The notes beneath the pieces were generated by a model. The model made no database searches and was not told the origin of the DNA. It was given only the letters and a program-made list of their open reading frames with translations. Both the position numbers and the translations under genes were made by a program. Shown piece after piece: positions 49,300 through 58,309 of a DNA stretch of 64,000 nt. The stretch comes from an uncultured Gemmatimonadales bacterium (lineage in GTDB: Bacteria; Gemmatimonadota; Gemmatimonadetes; Longimicrobiales; RSA9): contig CAWAMW010000002.1 in the NCBI GenBank assembly GCA_963783305.1, forward strand, positions 192,001 through 256,000. The letters are read 5' to 3'. The first letter of the stretch is position 1; the number at the start of each line of letters is the position of its first letter.

Positions 49300-49706
49300 T
49301 CCGACTCCTCGCTCGTGGACCGATGATCTCTGGACGCGATCAGCTCACGGACCGTTTCCACCAGAAGCTTCTCCGCCAGGGGCTTCCGCAGGAAACTGTC
49401 GGCGCCCGCGTCGCGCGCGCGCCCTTCCGCCAGCATGATGCTGAAGATGAGCACGGCGATATGGCTCGTGGCGGGGTCGCCCTTGATCCTCCGGCACAGG
49501 GCCAGGCCGTCCAGCTGCGGGACCAGGATCTCTGTGATGAGGATGTGGGGCTGGATCGATCGAGCCTGCTCGTGCGCCGCCAGGCCGTCTTCGGCGAATT
49601 CGACAGCGTATCCGGCTTCCTCCAGGAAATACTTCTCGAGCTCCCGGACGTGCGGATCGCGCTCTACGACGAGAATGAGAGCGTGATCGGAGCCCGTCGG
49701 AGTCAT
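49296..49706 (-). CDS. Single-domain response regulator (atypical)
   Basis: ILVVERD, ILITEI.VPQLDG, FLRKP; phospho-acceptor Asp appears as Glu. Confidence 0.85.
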   Translation of the reverse strand: MTPTGSDHALILVVERDPHVRELEKYFLEEAGYAVEFAEDGLAAHEQARSIQPHILITEILVPQLDGLALCRRIKGDPATSHIAVLIFSIMLAEGRARDAGADSFLRKPLAEKLLVETVRELIASRDHRSTSEESE

Positions 49707-49863
49707 GGCGTCTCGATCGTACGGGGAATCGAGTCTTCACTGTACAACAGAGTACATTCCGCGCAGTTGCGAAAGAAGCAGCCCCGATCATGTTGCGTGC
49801 GGCACGCGGCTCAATATGTGCGCCCATCCCGAACGCCTGTGGGAGACGAACCTGGAGGAGCGC

Positions 49864-50406
49864 ATGGACTGGACCTGGATCACCACGAGCTGGAGCGCGG
49901 CGGCCATGACGGTACTGACCGCACTCGGGATCTACATCGCGGTCATCATCTATACGCGCCTCGCCGGTCTCCGGAGCTTCTCGAAGATGAGCTCCTTCGA
50001 CTTCGCCATGACGGTCGCGGTGGGCTCCGTCATTGCTTCGACCGTGCTCACCCGCGATCCGCCACTCCTCCAGGCGGTGGCGGCACTGGGCGCCCTCTAC
50101 CTCCTCCAGATCGCGGTTGCCCGGTTGCGCGTCGCCTTCGGCCTGGTGGGCCGTGCGGTGGACAACGACCCTGTGCTCCTCATGCGGGACGGGGAGATAC
50201 TGCGGGAGTCCATGGACACGGCCGGTGTCACGGACGGGGACCTCCGGGCCAAGCTGCGGGAGGCGAACGTCCTGCGGCTGTCCCACGTCCGTGCCGTCGT
50301 CATGGAGACGACCGGAGACATCTCCGTCCTGCACGCACCCGCGGACGCTGGCGATCTGGACGAGGAGATCCTGCGGGAGGTCCGGGATCCGCGGCGGGAC
50401 TCCTAG
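49864..50406 (+). CDS. DUF421/YetF family membrane protein
   Basis: GLRSFSKMSSFDF, PVLLMRDG, METTGDISV; RBS GGAGG. Confidence 0.88.
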   Translation: MDWTWITTSWSAAAMTVLTALGIYIAVIIYTRLAGLRSFSKMSSFDFAMTVAVGSVIASTVLTRDPPLLQAVAALGALYLLQIAVARLRVAFGLVGRAVDNDPVLLMRDGEILRESMDTAGVTDGDLRAKLREANVLRLSHVRAVVMETTGDISVLHAPADAGDLDEEILREVRDPRRDS

Positions 50407-50489
50407 ACCTCTGCACTCCCCACAGGTTCCGCGCGGTCTGATTTCTGCGCGTTCGGTAACTGATCGGTCACCGAAACCCTGAGAGCACC

Positions 50490-50669
50490 ATGCCGTACGA
50501 CAAGATCTCCGACCTTCCCGAAGAACAGGTGGACCAGTATGACCACCACCAGAAGAAGGCGTTCCTGGAAGCCTTCAACAATGCCCATAAAGAATACGAG
50601 GATGAGAGCAAGGCCTTCGCGACCGCGCACAAGGCGGCCAAGCAGGCCGGCAAGTCCGAGGACGACTGA
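50490..50669 (+). CDS. chaB: ChaB family protein (59 aa, below ORF-track cutoff)
   Basis: Hand translation MPYDKISDLPEEQVDQYDHHQKKAFLEAFNNAHKEYEDESKAFATAHKAAKQAGKSEDD*. Confidence 0.85.
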   Translation: MPYDKISDLPEEQVDQYDHHQKKAFLEAFNNAHKEYEDESKAFATAHKAAKQAGKSEDD

Positions 50670-50882
50670 ACAGCTGTTCCAGTGGGGGTCGATGCTGCAG
50701 CCCCGCGGCCCCGAGCCCTTCGACCCGGCTCCTCACAGCCATCGAGACCCAGCGTGCAGAATGAGTCCATTTCCGTCAGCTCGACGGCCCGACGCGATCT
50801 GGCCGCCGGTGCGGAGGTCTTGCGGGGGTGGTATCTTCAACGGGCCGGCGCACCGTGAAGGGCATCCTCTCACGCCGACCCC

Positions 50883-53800
50883 ATGAGCGAGCCGACTGGC
50901 CGGGCCACTGCCTCTCCGCCCACTGAAGCAGAACGATCTCTGAACCTGGTGGCCATAGGTGCATCGGCGGGAGGGATCGCCGCGCTGCGGTCGCTGTTCG
51001 AGGCGGTTCCGGAGCGGACCGGAATCGCGTTCGTAGTGATCATGCACCTCTCGCCGGAGCACGAGAGCCAGCTGGCCGAGGTGCTCCAGCCGCATGTGAA
51101 GATCCCGGTCCGGCAGGTGCGGGAGCGGACGCGGCTCGAGCCGGACCATGTGTACGTGATCCCGCCGGATCGGAGCATGGCCGTCACCGATGGTCACCTT
51201 GAGCTGTCGGAGTTCGATGAGCCCCGGGGGCGACGCTCCCCCATCGACACCTTCTTCCGGACCGTGGCGGAGATCCATCCGGACGGAGTCGGCATTCTCC
51301 TTTCCGGCTCCGGTACGGACGGGGTGCTCGGCCTGAAGGCCATCAAGGAGCTGGGCGGGATCGTGATGGCGCAATCGCCGGAGGAGGCCGAGTACGACAC
51401 CATGCCTCGCAGCGCCATCACTGCAGGGCTGGTGGATTTCGTGCTTCCCGCGCGGGAGCTTGGGGAGCGGGTGGTGTCGCTCCGGGCCAGCGGCCTGCCG
51501 TGGACCCCACCGCAGGACGCGGAGGCGCTGAAGGATGGTGAGGCACATGTGGTGCGCGAGATCCTGTCGCAGCTCCGCAAGCGCACCGGCCACGACTTCA
51601 GCGGCTACAAGAAGAGCACGGTGCTGCGCCGGATCGGGCGCCGGATCCAGGTGACGGGGAGCACGGACCTGGAGGACTACGCCTTCCGCCTGCAGGATAG
51701 CGGCTCCGAGGCCGGGGCGCTCCTGAGGGACCTGCTGATCAGCGTGACGAACTTTTTCCGGGACCCGGAGGCGTTCGATGCGCTGGAGCGGATGGTGGTG
51801 CCGGACCTCTTTGTGGACGCGGCGGACGCGCAGGTGCGGGTCTGGGTGCCGGGGTGCGCCACGGGAGAGGAGGCGTACAGCGTCGCCATGCTCCTGGCCG
51901 AGCATGCGGACACGCTGACAGAGCCGCCGTCGTTCCAGATCTTCGCCACCGACCTGGACGAGGACGCCATCGCCTTCGCCCGGGAAGGGCTGTACCCCGA
52001 CGCTGTGCTGGCCGAGACGGGGGAAGAGCGGGGCCGCCGGTTCTTCACCCGCGTGGGCTCGTACCTGCGGGTGAAGAAGGAGCTGCGGGAGCGGATCCTC
52101 TTCTCGGCTCACGACCTGCTGCGTGATCCGCCTTTCTCGCGCCTCGACCTGATCACCTGCCGCAACCTGCTCATCTATCTCGAACGCGGACTGCAGGAGC
52201 GCGTATTCGATCTCTTTCGGTACGCGCTCCGTCCCGAGGGCTACCTCTTTCTCGGGGAATCGGAGTCGGCCCCGGAGACCAACGACTTCCGGGCGCCCGA
52301 CCGGGAGCACCGGATCTTCCAGAGCAGCCAGGGACTGAACGAGGCGGAGCGCCGGCTCCCGGAGCTGCCGCTGGACGGAGGCTCCGGAGCGGAGGCGAGG
52401 CGCTGGCCGCGAGCGGCTACGAGCCAGCAGGTCGAGCACGATGCAGCACTCCACCTCCAGGCGCTGGAGGCTCATGCCCCACCCAGCATCCTCGTGGATG
52501 GCGACCACGTCGTCGTGCACACCTCCGCGAAGGCGAACCGCTACCTGCGGTTCCCCTCGGGCACCCCGTCGGCCAACCTGCTGAAGACCGCCCTGCCCGA
52601 GCTGCGGCTGGAGCTGCGATCCGCCCTGTTCCAGGCGCTGGAGCAGGGTTCGCCCGCCCGCACCCGTCTGGTGCCGGTGGAGATCGCCGGTCAGCCGCGG
52701 CGGGTGCAGATCCACGTCGCCCCCACGGACGGGGCCGAGGCCACGCGCATGGCGCTGGTCACCTTCCTCGAGGATGCTCCCGCCGAGGAGGCCGAGGTGC
52801 CCGAGGACGCTGCTGAGGGCGATCGTCTGGAGGCCGCGGAGCTGGAGCTGGCCGACGCGAGGTCGCGACTCCAGGACATGGTGGAGACATCGGAGCGCCG
52901 GCAGGAGGATCTGAAGGCCTCCAACGAGGAGCTCCAGTCGATCAACGAGGAGTACAAGTCCACGCTCGAGGAGCTGGAGACCAGCAAGGAAGAGCTCCAG
53001 TCGATGAACGAGGAGCTCAAGACCGTCAACGACGAGCTGAAGGCCAAGCTGGACGAGCTCGGCCGGGCCAACGACGACCTCCGGAACCTCATGTCGGCCA
53101 CGGAAATCGGCACGCTGTTCGTGGACGAAAACCTCCGGATCAAGCGCTTCACGCCCGCCCTCCGCGACATCTTCAACATCCTGCCCACCGATGAGGGGCG
53201 GCCCCTCGCGCATGTCACCCACACCCTGCGCTACCCGGAGCTCACGACCGACTGCGAGAGCGTCCTGGAGTCGCTCCAGCCGGTGGAACGCGAGGTGGTG
53301 AACGGGGGCGGCCACGCCTGGCTCGCCCGGATCACCCCCTACAGGACCGAAGAGAATCGAATCCGCGGCGTGGTCTGCACCTTTACGGATGTCACCCGGA
53401 TCCGGGACACGCAGAAGCACCTCCGTCAGAGCGAGGAGCGCTTCCGCGCCCTCGTCAACGCCACCGCCGAGATCGTCTGGACCACCGGTCCCGACGGCGT
53501 GGTGGTGGAGGACTCCCCCTCCTGGCGCGCCTTCACCGGGCAGTCGCTCGAAGAGTGGCTGGGCCGGAGCTCTTACGACGTCGTGCATCCCGAGGACCGG
53601 CCCGAGGTCGAGGCGACGTGGCAGGGGGCGGTGGAGAGCGGGGAGCCATTCGACTACGAGTTCCGGCTCTGGAACGCGGAGAGCGACGATTGGCGCTTCG
53701 TCTCCGTACGCGCGGTCCCCGTGCTGAACCCGGACGGCTCCGTCCGCGAGTGGGTCGGAATGAACAGCGACATTACCCAGCGAAAGGAAGCGGAAACAGC

Positions 53801-54539
53801 CCTGCGAGGCGCCAAGCAGGCCGCCGAGCAGGCCGCCGAGGCCAAGAGCCAGTTCCTGGCCACAATGAGCCACGAGCTGCGCACGCCCCTCACCGCCGTA
53901 ATCGGCGTCGCCGACCTCCTCGAGACCGATGTGGTGGGTGTCACCAATACGGAGCAGAAGAAACACCTCGGCCGCATCAAGACCAGCGCCTGGCACCTGG
54001 TCTCGATCATCGAGGAGGTGCTGACCTACTCACGGACCGAGGCGGGACGGACCGACGTCAACCGCGGCACCGTGGACCTGGCCGAGATCGCGCGCGACGT
54101 GGTGACCATGGCCGACTACGAGGCCGGCGAGAAGGAGCTTTCCCTCGAGATCGAGGGGGCCGACCGCCCCACCTACGCCTTCTCCGATGGCGGCAAGATC
54201 CGCCAGATCGTGACGAACCTCGTGGGCAACGCCGTCAAGTTCACCGACGAGGGAGAGGTGGTCGTGAGCGTAGCGGAATCGGATGACTACATTGAGATCA
54301 CGGTCCACGACAGCGGTCCCGGCATTCCCGAGGACCAGTGGGAGGCCGTCTTCGAGCCGTTCGTGCAGGCGGACAGCAGCATGACCCGGGAAAAGGGTGG
54401 CGCCGGACTCGGCCTCGCCGTCTCGCGCCGCCTGGCCCGCCTCCTCGGCGGAGATATCGGGCTGGAGTGCGAGCCCGGCGACGGGTGCGCGTTCACGTTC
54501 AGGCTGCCCAAGAAGCCGGAGTCGGCCCGAACCGACTGA
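50883..54539 (+). CDS. CheB/CheR fusion PAS sensor histidine kinase
   Basis: GASAGG (CheB), VTNFFRD / GCATGEEAYS / CRNLLIY (CheR), NEELQS coiled coil, PAS domains, SHELRTPL. Confidence 0.95.
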   Translation: MSEPTGRATASPPTEAERSLNLVAIGASAGGIAALRSLFEAVPERTGIAFVVIMHLSPEHESQLAEVLQPHVKIPVRQVRERTRLEPDHVYVIPPDRSMAVTDGHLELSEFDEPRGRRSPIDTFFRTVAEIHPDGVGILLSGSGTDGVLGLKAIKELGGIVMAQSPEEAEYDTMPRSAITAGLVDFVLPARELGERVVSLRASGLPWTPPQDAEALKDGEAHVVREILSQLRKRTGHDFSGYKKSTVLRRIGRRIQVTGSTDLEDYAFRLQDSGSEAGALLRDLLISVTNFFRDPEAFDALERMVVPDLFVDAADAQVRVWVPGCATGEEAYSVAMLLAEHADTLTEPPSFQIFATDLDEDAIAFAREGLYPDAVLAETGEERGRRFFTRVGSYLRVKKELRERILFSAHDLLRDPPFSRLDLITCRNLLIYLERGLQERVFDLFRYALRPEGYLFLGESESAPETNDFRAPDREHRIFQSSQGLNEAERRLPELPLDGGSGAEARRWPRAATSQQVEHDAALHLQALEAHAPPSILVDGDHVVVHTSAKANRYLRFPSGTPSANLLKTALPELRLELRSALFQALEQGSPARTRLVPVEIAGQPRRVQIHVAPTDGAEATRMALVTFLEDAPAEEAEVPEDAAEGDRLEAAELELADARSRLQDMVETSERRQEDLKASNEELQSINEEYKSTLEELETSKEELQSMNEELKTVNDELKAKLDELGRANDDLRNLMSATEIGTLFVDENLRIKRFTPALRDIFNILPTDEGRPLAHVTHTLRYPELTTDCESVLESLQPVEREVVNGGGHAWLARITPYRTEENRIRGVVCTFTDVTRIRDTQKHLRQSEERFRALVNATAEIVWTTGPDGVVVEDSPSWRAFTGQSLEEWLGRSSYDVVHPEDRPEVEATWQGAVESGEPFDYEFRLWNAESDDWRFVSVRAVPVLNPDGSVREWVGMNSDITQRKEAETALRGAKQAAEQAAEAKSQFLATMSHELRTPLTAVIGVADLLETDVVGVTNTEQKKHLGRIKTSAWHLVSIIEEVLTYSRTEAGRTDVNRGTVDLAEIARDVVTMADYEAGEKELSLEIEGADRPTYAFSDGGKIRQIVTNLVGNAVKFTDEGEVVVSVAESDDYIEITVHDSGPGIPEDQWEAVFEPFVQADSSMTREKGGAGLGLAVSRRLARLLGGDIGLECEPGDGCAFTFRLPKKPESARTD

Positions 54540-54569
54540 CCGGGAGTTGCGCCTGGCCCGCGAAGGCCG

Positions 54570-54887
54570 CTGGCAGGCTGCTGGAAGCGCGGGAGTCGAG
54601 GGTGGATCCCTGCGGTCGCTCCGCTCCCTGCGGGACCCGCTGGCGCGGGAGGTCGATCGCCCGCGCTGCGCGCGAGGCGACCGCGAGCAGCGCGGCGTCG
54701 ACGGGACTGGGCACGCGCGTGTGATTCAGCGACGGCGGCGGCGAGACGCGGGAGAAGACGGAGCCAGCGGAGATCGACCAGCGAGGCCGCAGGCCGAAGC
54801 GATCGACCAGCGAGCGCAGCGACGCGAATCGACAGGGAGCGTACGCGACCGTTCGCTCCCCACCCACGCCTTTTCGCGCCCTGTCAG
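54570..54887 (+). repeat. Dispersed non-coding repeat, copy 3 (MITE/REP-like)
   Basis: CTGGCAGGCTGCTGGAAG ... CTTTTCGCGCCCTGTCAG imperfect terminal IR; collinear with copy 2. Confidence 0.88.
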
Positions 54888-54889
54888 GG

Positions 54890-56086
54890 CTACGGGCTCC
54901 GCAGGAATAGCGACAGGTGGCGCAGCACCTGGCGGCTTTCGAGTCCACCGGCGAGCGCCCCGGTCAGTACGCCGATCGAACTGATGAGCGCTGCGATCCG
55001 CAGCTGGTCGTCGAATGTGATCACCGCCGAGCCCAGTTCCAGGGAGGGCCATTCGCGGACCAGGTCCGGCGGGAAGATGAACATCTGCACGAGAAGCATG
55101 ATCATGATGAGCATGACGAACAGTCCCACGATCGCCAGCGCCACGTTGAGCAGGATCGCGACGTTCACCACGGCGAGGTGCTCGGTATGGAACCGTCGCT
55201 CCTTCTTCGGGAGAAGCAGGCTCAGCGCGACGGGCAGGTAGATCGCAGACGCCAGCATGCTCAGAGCCGCGAACAGCCACACCTCCCTATCCGTCATGTG
55301 GAAGCCGGCGTCCCAGATCTCGGCGGTGAAGACAAGGATGAAGGCCGGCGCCACCGCCGCCGTGGTCAGCCGCGGCAGGTAAAGGGGCAGCAGCGGCGCC
55401 CGGCTCCGGACCAGGGTGCTGAAGATCTGCCGGGGGTGGCGGGCAGCGCTCGAGAGATGAAAGAGGACCTCGGAGAACGTCCCCTCGTCCACGTCCTGGC
55501 GCTCCCGGAACTCGCGCGCGAGACGGTCCACCCGCCTGCGGGACCGCTCACTGAACGCGGGTAGCTCCCGCCGGTCCGGGACGATCTCGAACGGCGCCAT
55601 GACGGTGCCGCTCCCTCGCGGCTCGTGCCCGAGACCGAGGGCGTGGCCCAGCAGGTGGAGCAGGAGAGTCGAGGCGTTCCAGTGGAGCCCTTCATCATCG
55701 AGGGGCCGCGGCGGCTCCCCCCGGGGCGACAGTCGGAACTCCCGCATCGAAAGGACCACGAGCCGCGCCACCGGAGAGGCCAGGCCGGGGACCAGGTGCT
55801 GCTGTCGCGAGATGACCCCCACGTCCGTGACCACGATCACCGCGTCGTAGGGGCCTTCGACCATTCTGAGGCTGGCTGGGCCCAGGAAGTCGGAGGGCCG
55901 GCGCGGCTCCTCCGTCTGCAGACTCATCGGTTCTTCCGGATGGAACACCCACCGTACCCCCGTCACATCCTCGAGAGCCCCCGCCACCTCCTCGGTCAGG
56001 CGCCGGATGCAGGCGCCCAGCGCCTCCGCCTGCGTTGCGGGCGAGGACGCGGCAACCACTCCGATGTGTACTTCGGCTCGTGACAT
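54890..56086 (-). CDS. Hypothetical protein: degenerate metzincin-like domain + C-terminal multi-TM domain
   Basis: HLLGHALGLGH followed by TVMAP; about four hydrophobic segments after PRLTTAA. Confidence 0.7.
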   Translation of the reverse strand: MSRAEVHIGVVAASSPATQAEALGACIRRLTEEVAGALEDVTGVRWVFHPEEPMSLQTEEPRRPSDFLGPASLRMVEGPYDAVIVVTDVGVISRQQHLVPGLASPVARLVVLSMREFRLSPRGEPPRPLDDEGLHWNASTLLLHLLGHALGLGHEPRGSGTVMAPFEIVPDRRELPAFSERSRRRVDRLAREFRERQDVDEGTFSEVLFHLSSAARHPRQIFSTLVRSRAPLLPLYLPRLTTAAVAPAFILVFTAEIWDAGFHMTDREVWLFAALSMLASAIYLPVALSLLLPKKERRFHTEHLAVVNVAILLNVALAIVGLFVMLIMIMLLVQMFIFPPDLVREWPSLELGSAVITFDDQLRIAALISSIGVLTGALAGGLESRQVLRHLSLFLRSP

Positions 56087-56198
56087 GGCTGCAGTCGTCC
56101 GCAGGGCGCATGCCCGGCGGCTCGTCCCGTGATACTATGGGGGGCACGGCTCGTCACCCCCCCTCGACGAACCGCTGGCCGACCACCGGAGAGGTTTG

Positions 56199-57056
56199 AT
56201 GCAGTCCGAGCAGGCGGAAACATGGCTCCGGACCGTGCTGGACTACCGGCTCTTCATTCTGGGCGACAGCGTGGTCCGCGTCAGCACACTCCTCGTCCTG
56301 CTACTGGTCCTCGTCGCCGCGTACGTGGCCTCGCGCGGGATCCAGCGGGCGATCCGCCGGGTCTTCCGCAGCCGCGGCATGACGGACATCGGGACCATCG
56401 AGCTGGTGCTCCGACTCGTTCACTACTCCATCATGGCCCTGGCCATCGCCGTGGGGCTCCAGACGGTCGGGATCGAGTTGGCCGCCCTGTTCGCCGCCGG
56501 GGCCATCTTCGCGATCGCCATCGGCTTCGCCATGCAGAACATCGCCGAGAACTTCGTTTCCGGGCTGATCCTGGTGGGGGAGCGATCGATCAAGCCGGGC
56601 GACGTGCTCGAGGTGGGGGGTCAGGTGGTCCGCGTGGTCCGGATGGGCATCCGCTCCACGGTGGCCCGTACGCGCCATGACGAGGACATCATCATCCCCA
56701 ACTCGAAGCTGGTGGGGGACTCGGTGAAGAACTTCACGCTCCGGGACTCGATCTACCGGATCCGCTGCAGGGTCGGCGTCGCCTACGGCTCGGACCCGCG
56801 GCACGTCATCGAAACGCTGGAGCGCGCAGCCGCGCAGCTCGAGTGGCGGCACCCGGCCCACGAGCCGCAGGCCGTGCTCACGGAGTTCGGCGACTCCGCC
56901 GTCCAGTTCGAGCTCCGCGTCTGGATCGACGACCCATGGCGCGCCACGGCCCTCGAGTCGGCGTTGAACCAGACCGTCTGGTACGCGCTCCAGGAGGGTG
57001 GGGTGGTCATCGCATTCCCGCAGCTGGACGTCCACCTGGATCGGGATCGCGCGTAG
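56199..57056 (+). CDS. mscS: Small-conductance mechanosensitive channel
   Basis: IGFAMQNIAENFVSG, IKPGD, IIIPNS, VGVAYGSD, IAFPQLDVH. Confidence 0.93.
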   Translation: MQSEQAETWLRTVLDYRLFILGDSVVRVSTLLVLLLVLVAAYVASRGIQRAIRRVFRSRGMTDIGTIELVLRLVHYSIMALAIAVGLQTVGIELAALFAAGAIFAIAIGFAMQNIAENFVSGLILVGERSIKPGDVLEVGGQVVRVVRMGIRSTVARTRHDEDIIIPNSKLVGDSVKNFTLRDSIYRIRCRVGVAYGSDPRHVIETLERAAAQLEWRHPAHEPQAVLTEFGDSAVQFELRVWIDDPWRATALESALNQTVWYALQEGGVVIAFPQLDVHLDRDRA

Positions 57057-57090
57057 TTGGGAGCGGCCCGACCTTACGGCCTGTTCCTCG

Positions 57091-57120
57091 CGCCCGCGGC
57101 CGGACCGCCCGCGGCCGGAC
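57091..57120 (+). repeat. 15-bp direct tandem duplication CGCCCGCGGCCGGAC x2
   Basis: 57091-57105 identical to 57106-57120; overlaps the left IR of the transposase unit. Confidence 0.9.
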
Positions 57121-58220
57121 CAGGTTCCATATTCCACTTTTGCACACTCCGACCCTTCTGAGGCCACGGGTCTGCGGAGCTCACCCAGGACAGGGCATGC
57201 GTAGGACGTTGGAGACGGCTTGGTCGCTGATCCGCAGGTAGCGCGCGATCGATGCGCCGCGATGACCGGCCGCCCGCATTCGCCGGATCATGATCCTCCG
57301 AACTGCAACGGCTTCGCGACCCTTGTAAGGGCTTCGCACCATCTCGAGGTGCAGGTGAGGCGCGTGTTCCGCCAGGGTCAGTCGCGCGAGATCGGCAATT
57401 TCGGCGCCTGCGCCACTCGTCCCGCTGCTCCCGTCTCGGCCAGGATCCACGCCGTCCCGGAACAAGGGGGCATAGTAGCGCGCCCAGCAGAGATCTCCTG
57501 CCGGCGCCGGCGGAGGAATGCTGGAACGGTCCGCGGCGGCGTTGTCCGCCTCCTGCTCCCCCTGCCGATCACACTGGAGGCGCCATTCTACGCGTGCCAG
57601 GTACGCGCTGCGCAACTCTTCTACGCCAGGGGACGAGGTCACGGCGAAGAGCCTCAGGGCATCCGCAATCTGCAATGCTCCCTTCACGCGCTCCGGAATG
57701 GCGGCTCGCCCCGCATAGAAGGCATGGGAGCTCCAGGGATACCCGGATGGGTTGTTGACGAGTCGAGCTCGAATCGGATTGAGGTGGACGTAAACTACCG
57801 CCGTGCGTACGTACTCCGGATCGAGGCAGACTCGGTGTCCATAGCGACGCTCGAAGACGTGGCCCTCGAGCCCATGGCTGCGCTGGACGAGAAGTGCGGT
57901 CCTGCGCAGGAATGGCTGCATGATACGGTCGAGCGGCCACTGCCCCTGGCGCAGCACCAGGTGGAGGTGGTTCGGCATGATCGCGAACGCCAGCAGCCTC
58001 CCATCCGAGTATCCGACGGCAGTAGCCATGTAGTCCATCACGCGATTGCGGAGAGTCGGCGTCAGCCACGGCTCCCTCCCCTGCATCCGGGCGGTGAGGT
58101 GGAAAACGGCGCCAGGCATGTGGGGTCTTCGTTTTCGTCCCATGACCCCGACAATGACGGTGGTATCGGGGCACCGGAATGGTGAAACCGGTCAGATATG
58201 GAATATGGAACCAGGTCCGG
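57115..58220 (-). mobile_element. IR-bounded HUH/Y1 transposase unit
   Basis: 57115-57136 CCGGACCAGGTTCCATATTCCA and 58199-58220 TGGAATATGGAACCAGGTCCGG are inverted repeats (21/22). Confidence 0.7.
57181..58143 (-). CDS. RAYT/IS200-like Y1 transposase with C-terminal HTH
   Basis: FHLTAR, AIMPNHLHL (HUH), GHVFERRY, YVHLNP (catalytic Tyr), YPWSS; C-terminal ASIARYLRISDQAVS. Confidence 0.9.
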   Translation of the reverse strand: MGRKRRPHMPGAVFHLTARMQGREPWLTPTLRNRVMDYMATAVGYSDGRLLAFAIMPNHLHLVLRQGQWPLDRIMQPFLRRTALLVQRSHGLEGHVFERRYGHRVCLDPEYVRTAVVYVHLNPIRARLVNNPSGYPWSSHAFYAGRAAIPERVKGALQIADALRLFAVTSSPGVEELRSAYLARVEWRLQCDRQGEQEADNAAADRSSIPPPAPAGDLCWARYYAPLFRDGVDPGRDGSSGTSGAGAEIADLARLTLAEHAPHLHLEMVRSPYKGREAVAVRRIMIRRMRAAGHRGASIARYLRISDQAVSNVLRMPCPG

Positions 58221-58309
58221 TACCTCGCGCCAGGCACCCGCGCTGCCGCTGGCCTTGGCGGTATGGCGTCGCCATCTTCGGAGGCACTCCGTCACCGACT
58301 CCGAGCCTA

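Noticed and set aside
50733..53996. 1087-aa minus-strand ORF
   Set aside because: Antisense shadow of the well-supported CheB/CheR kinase; no motifs; expected in high-GC DNA
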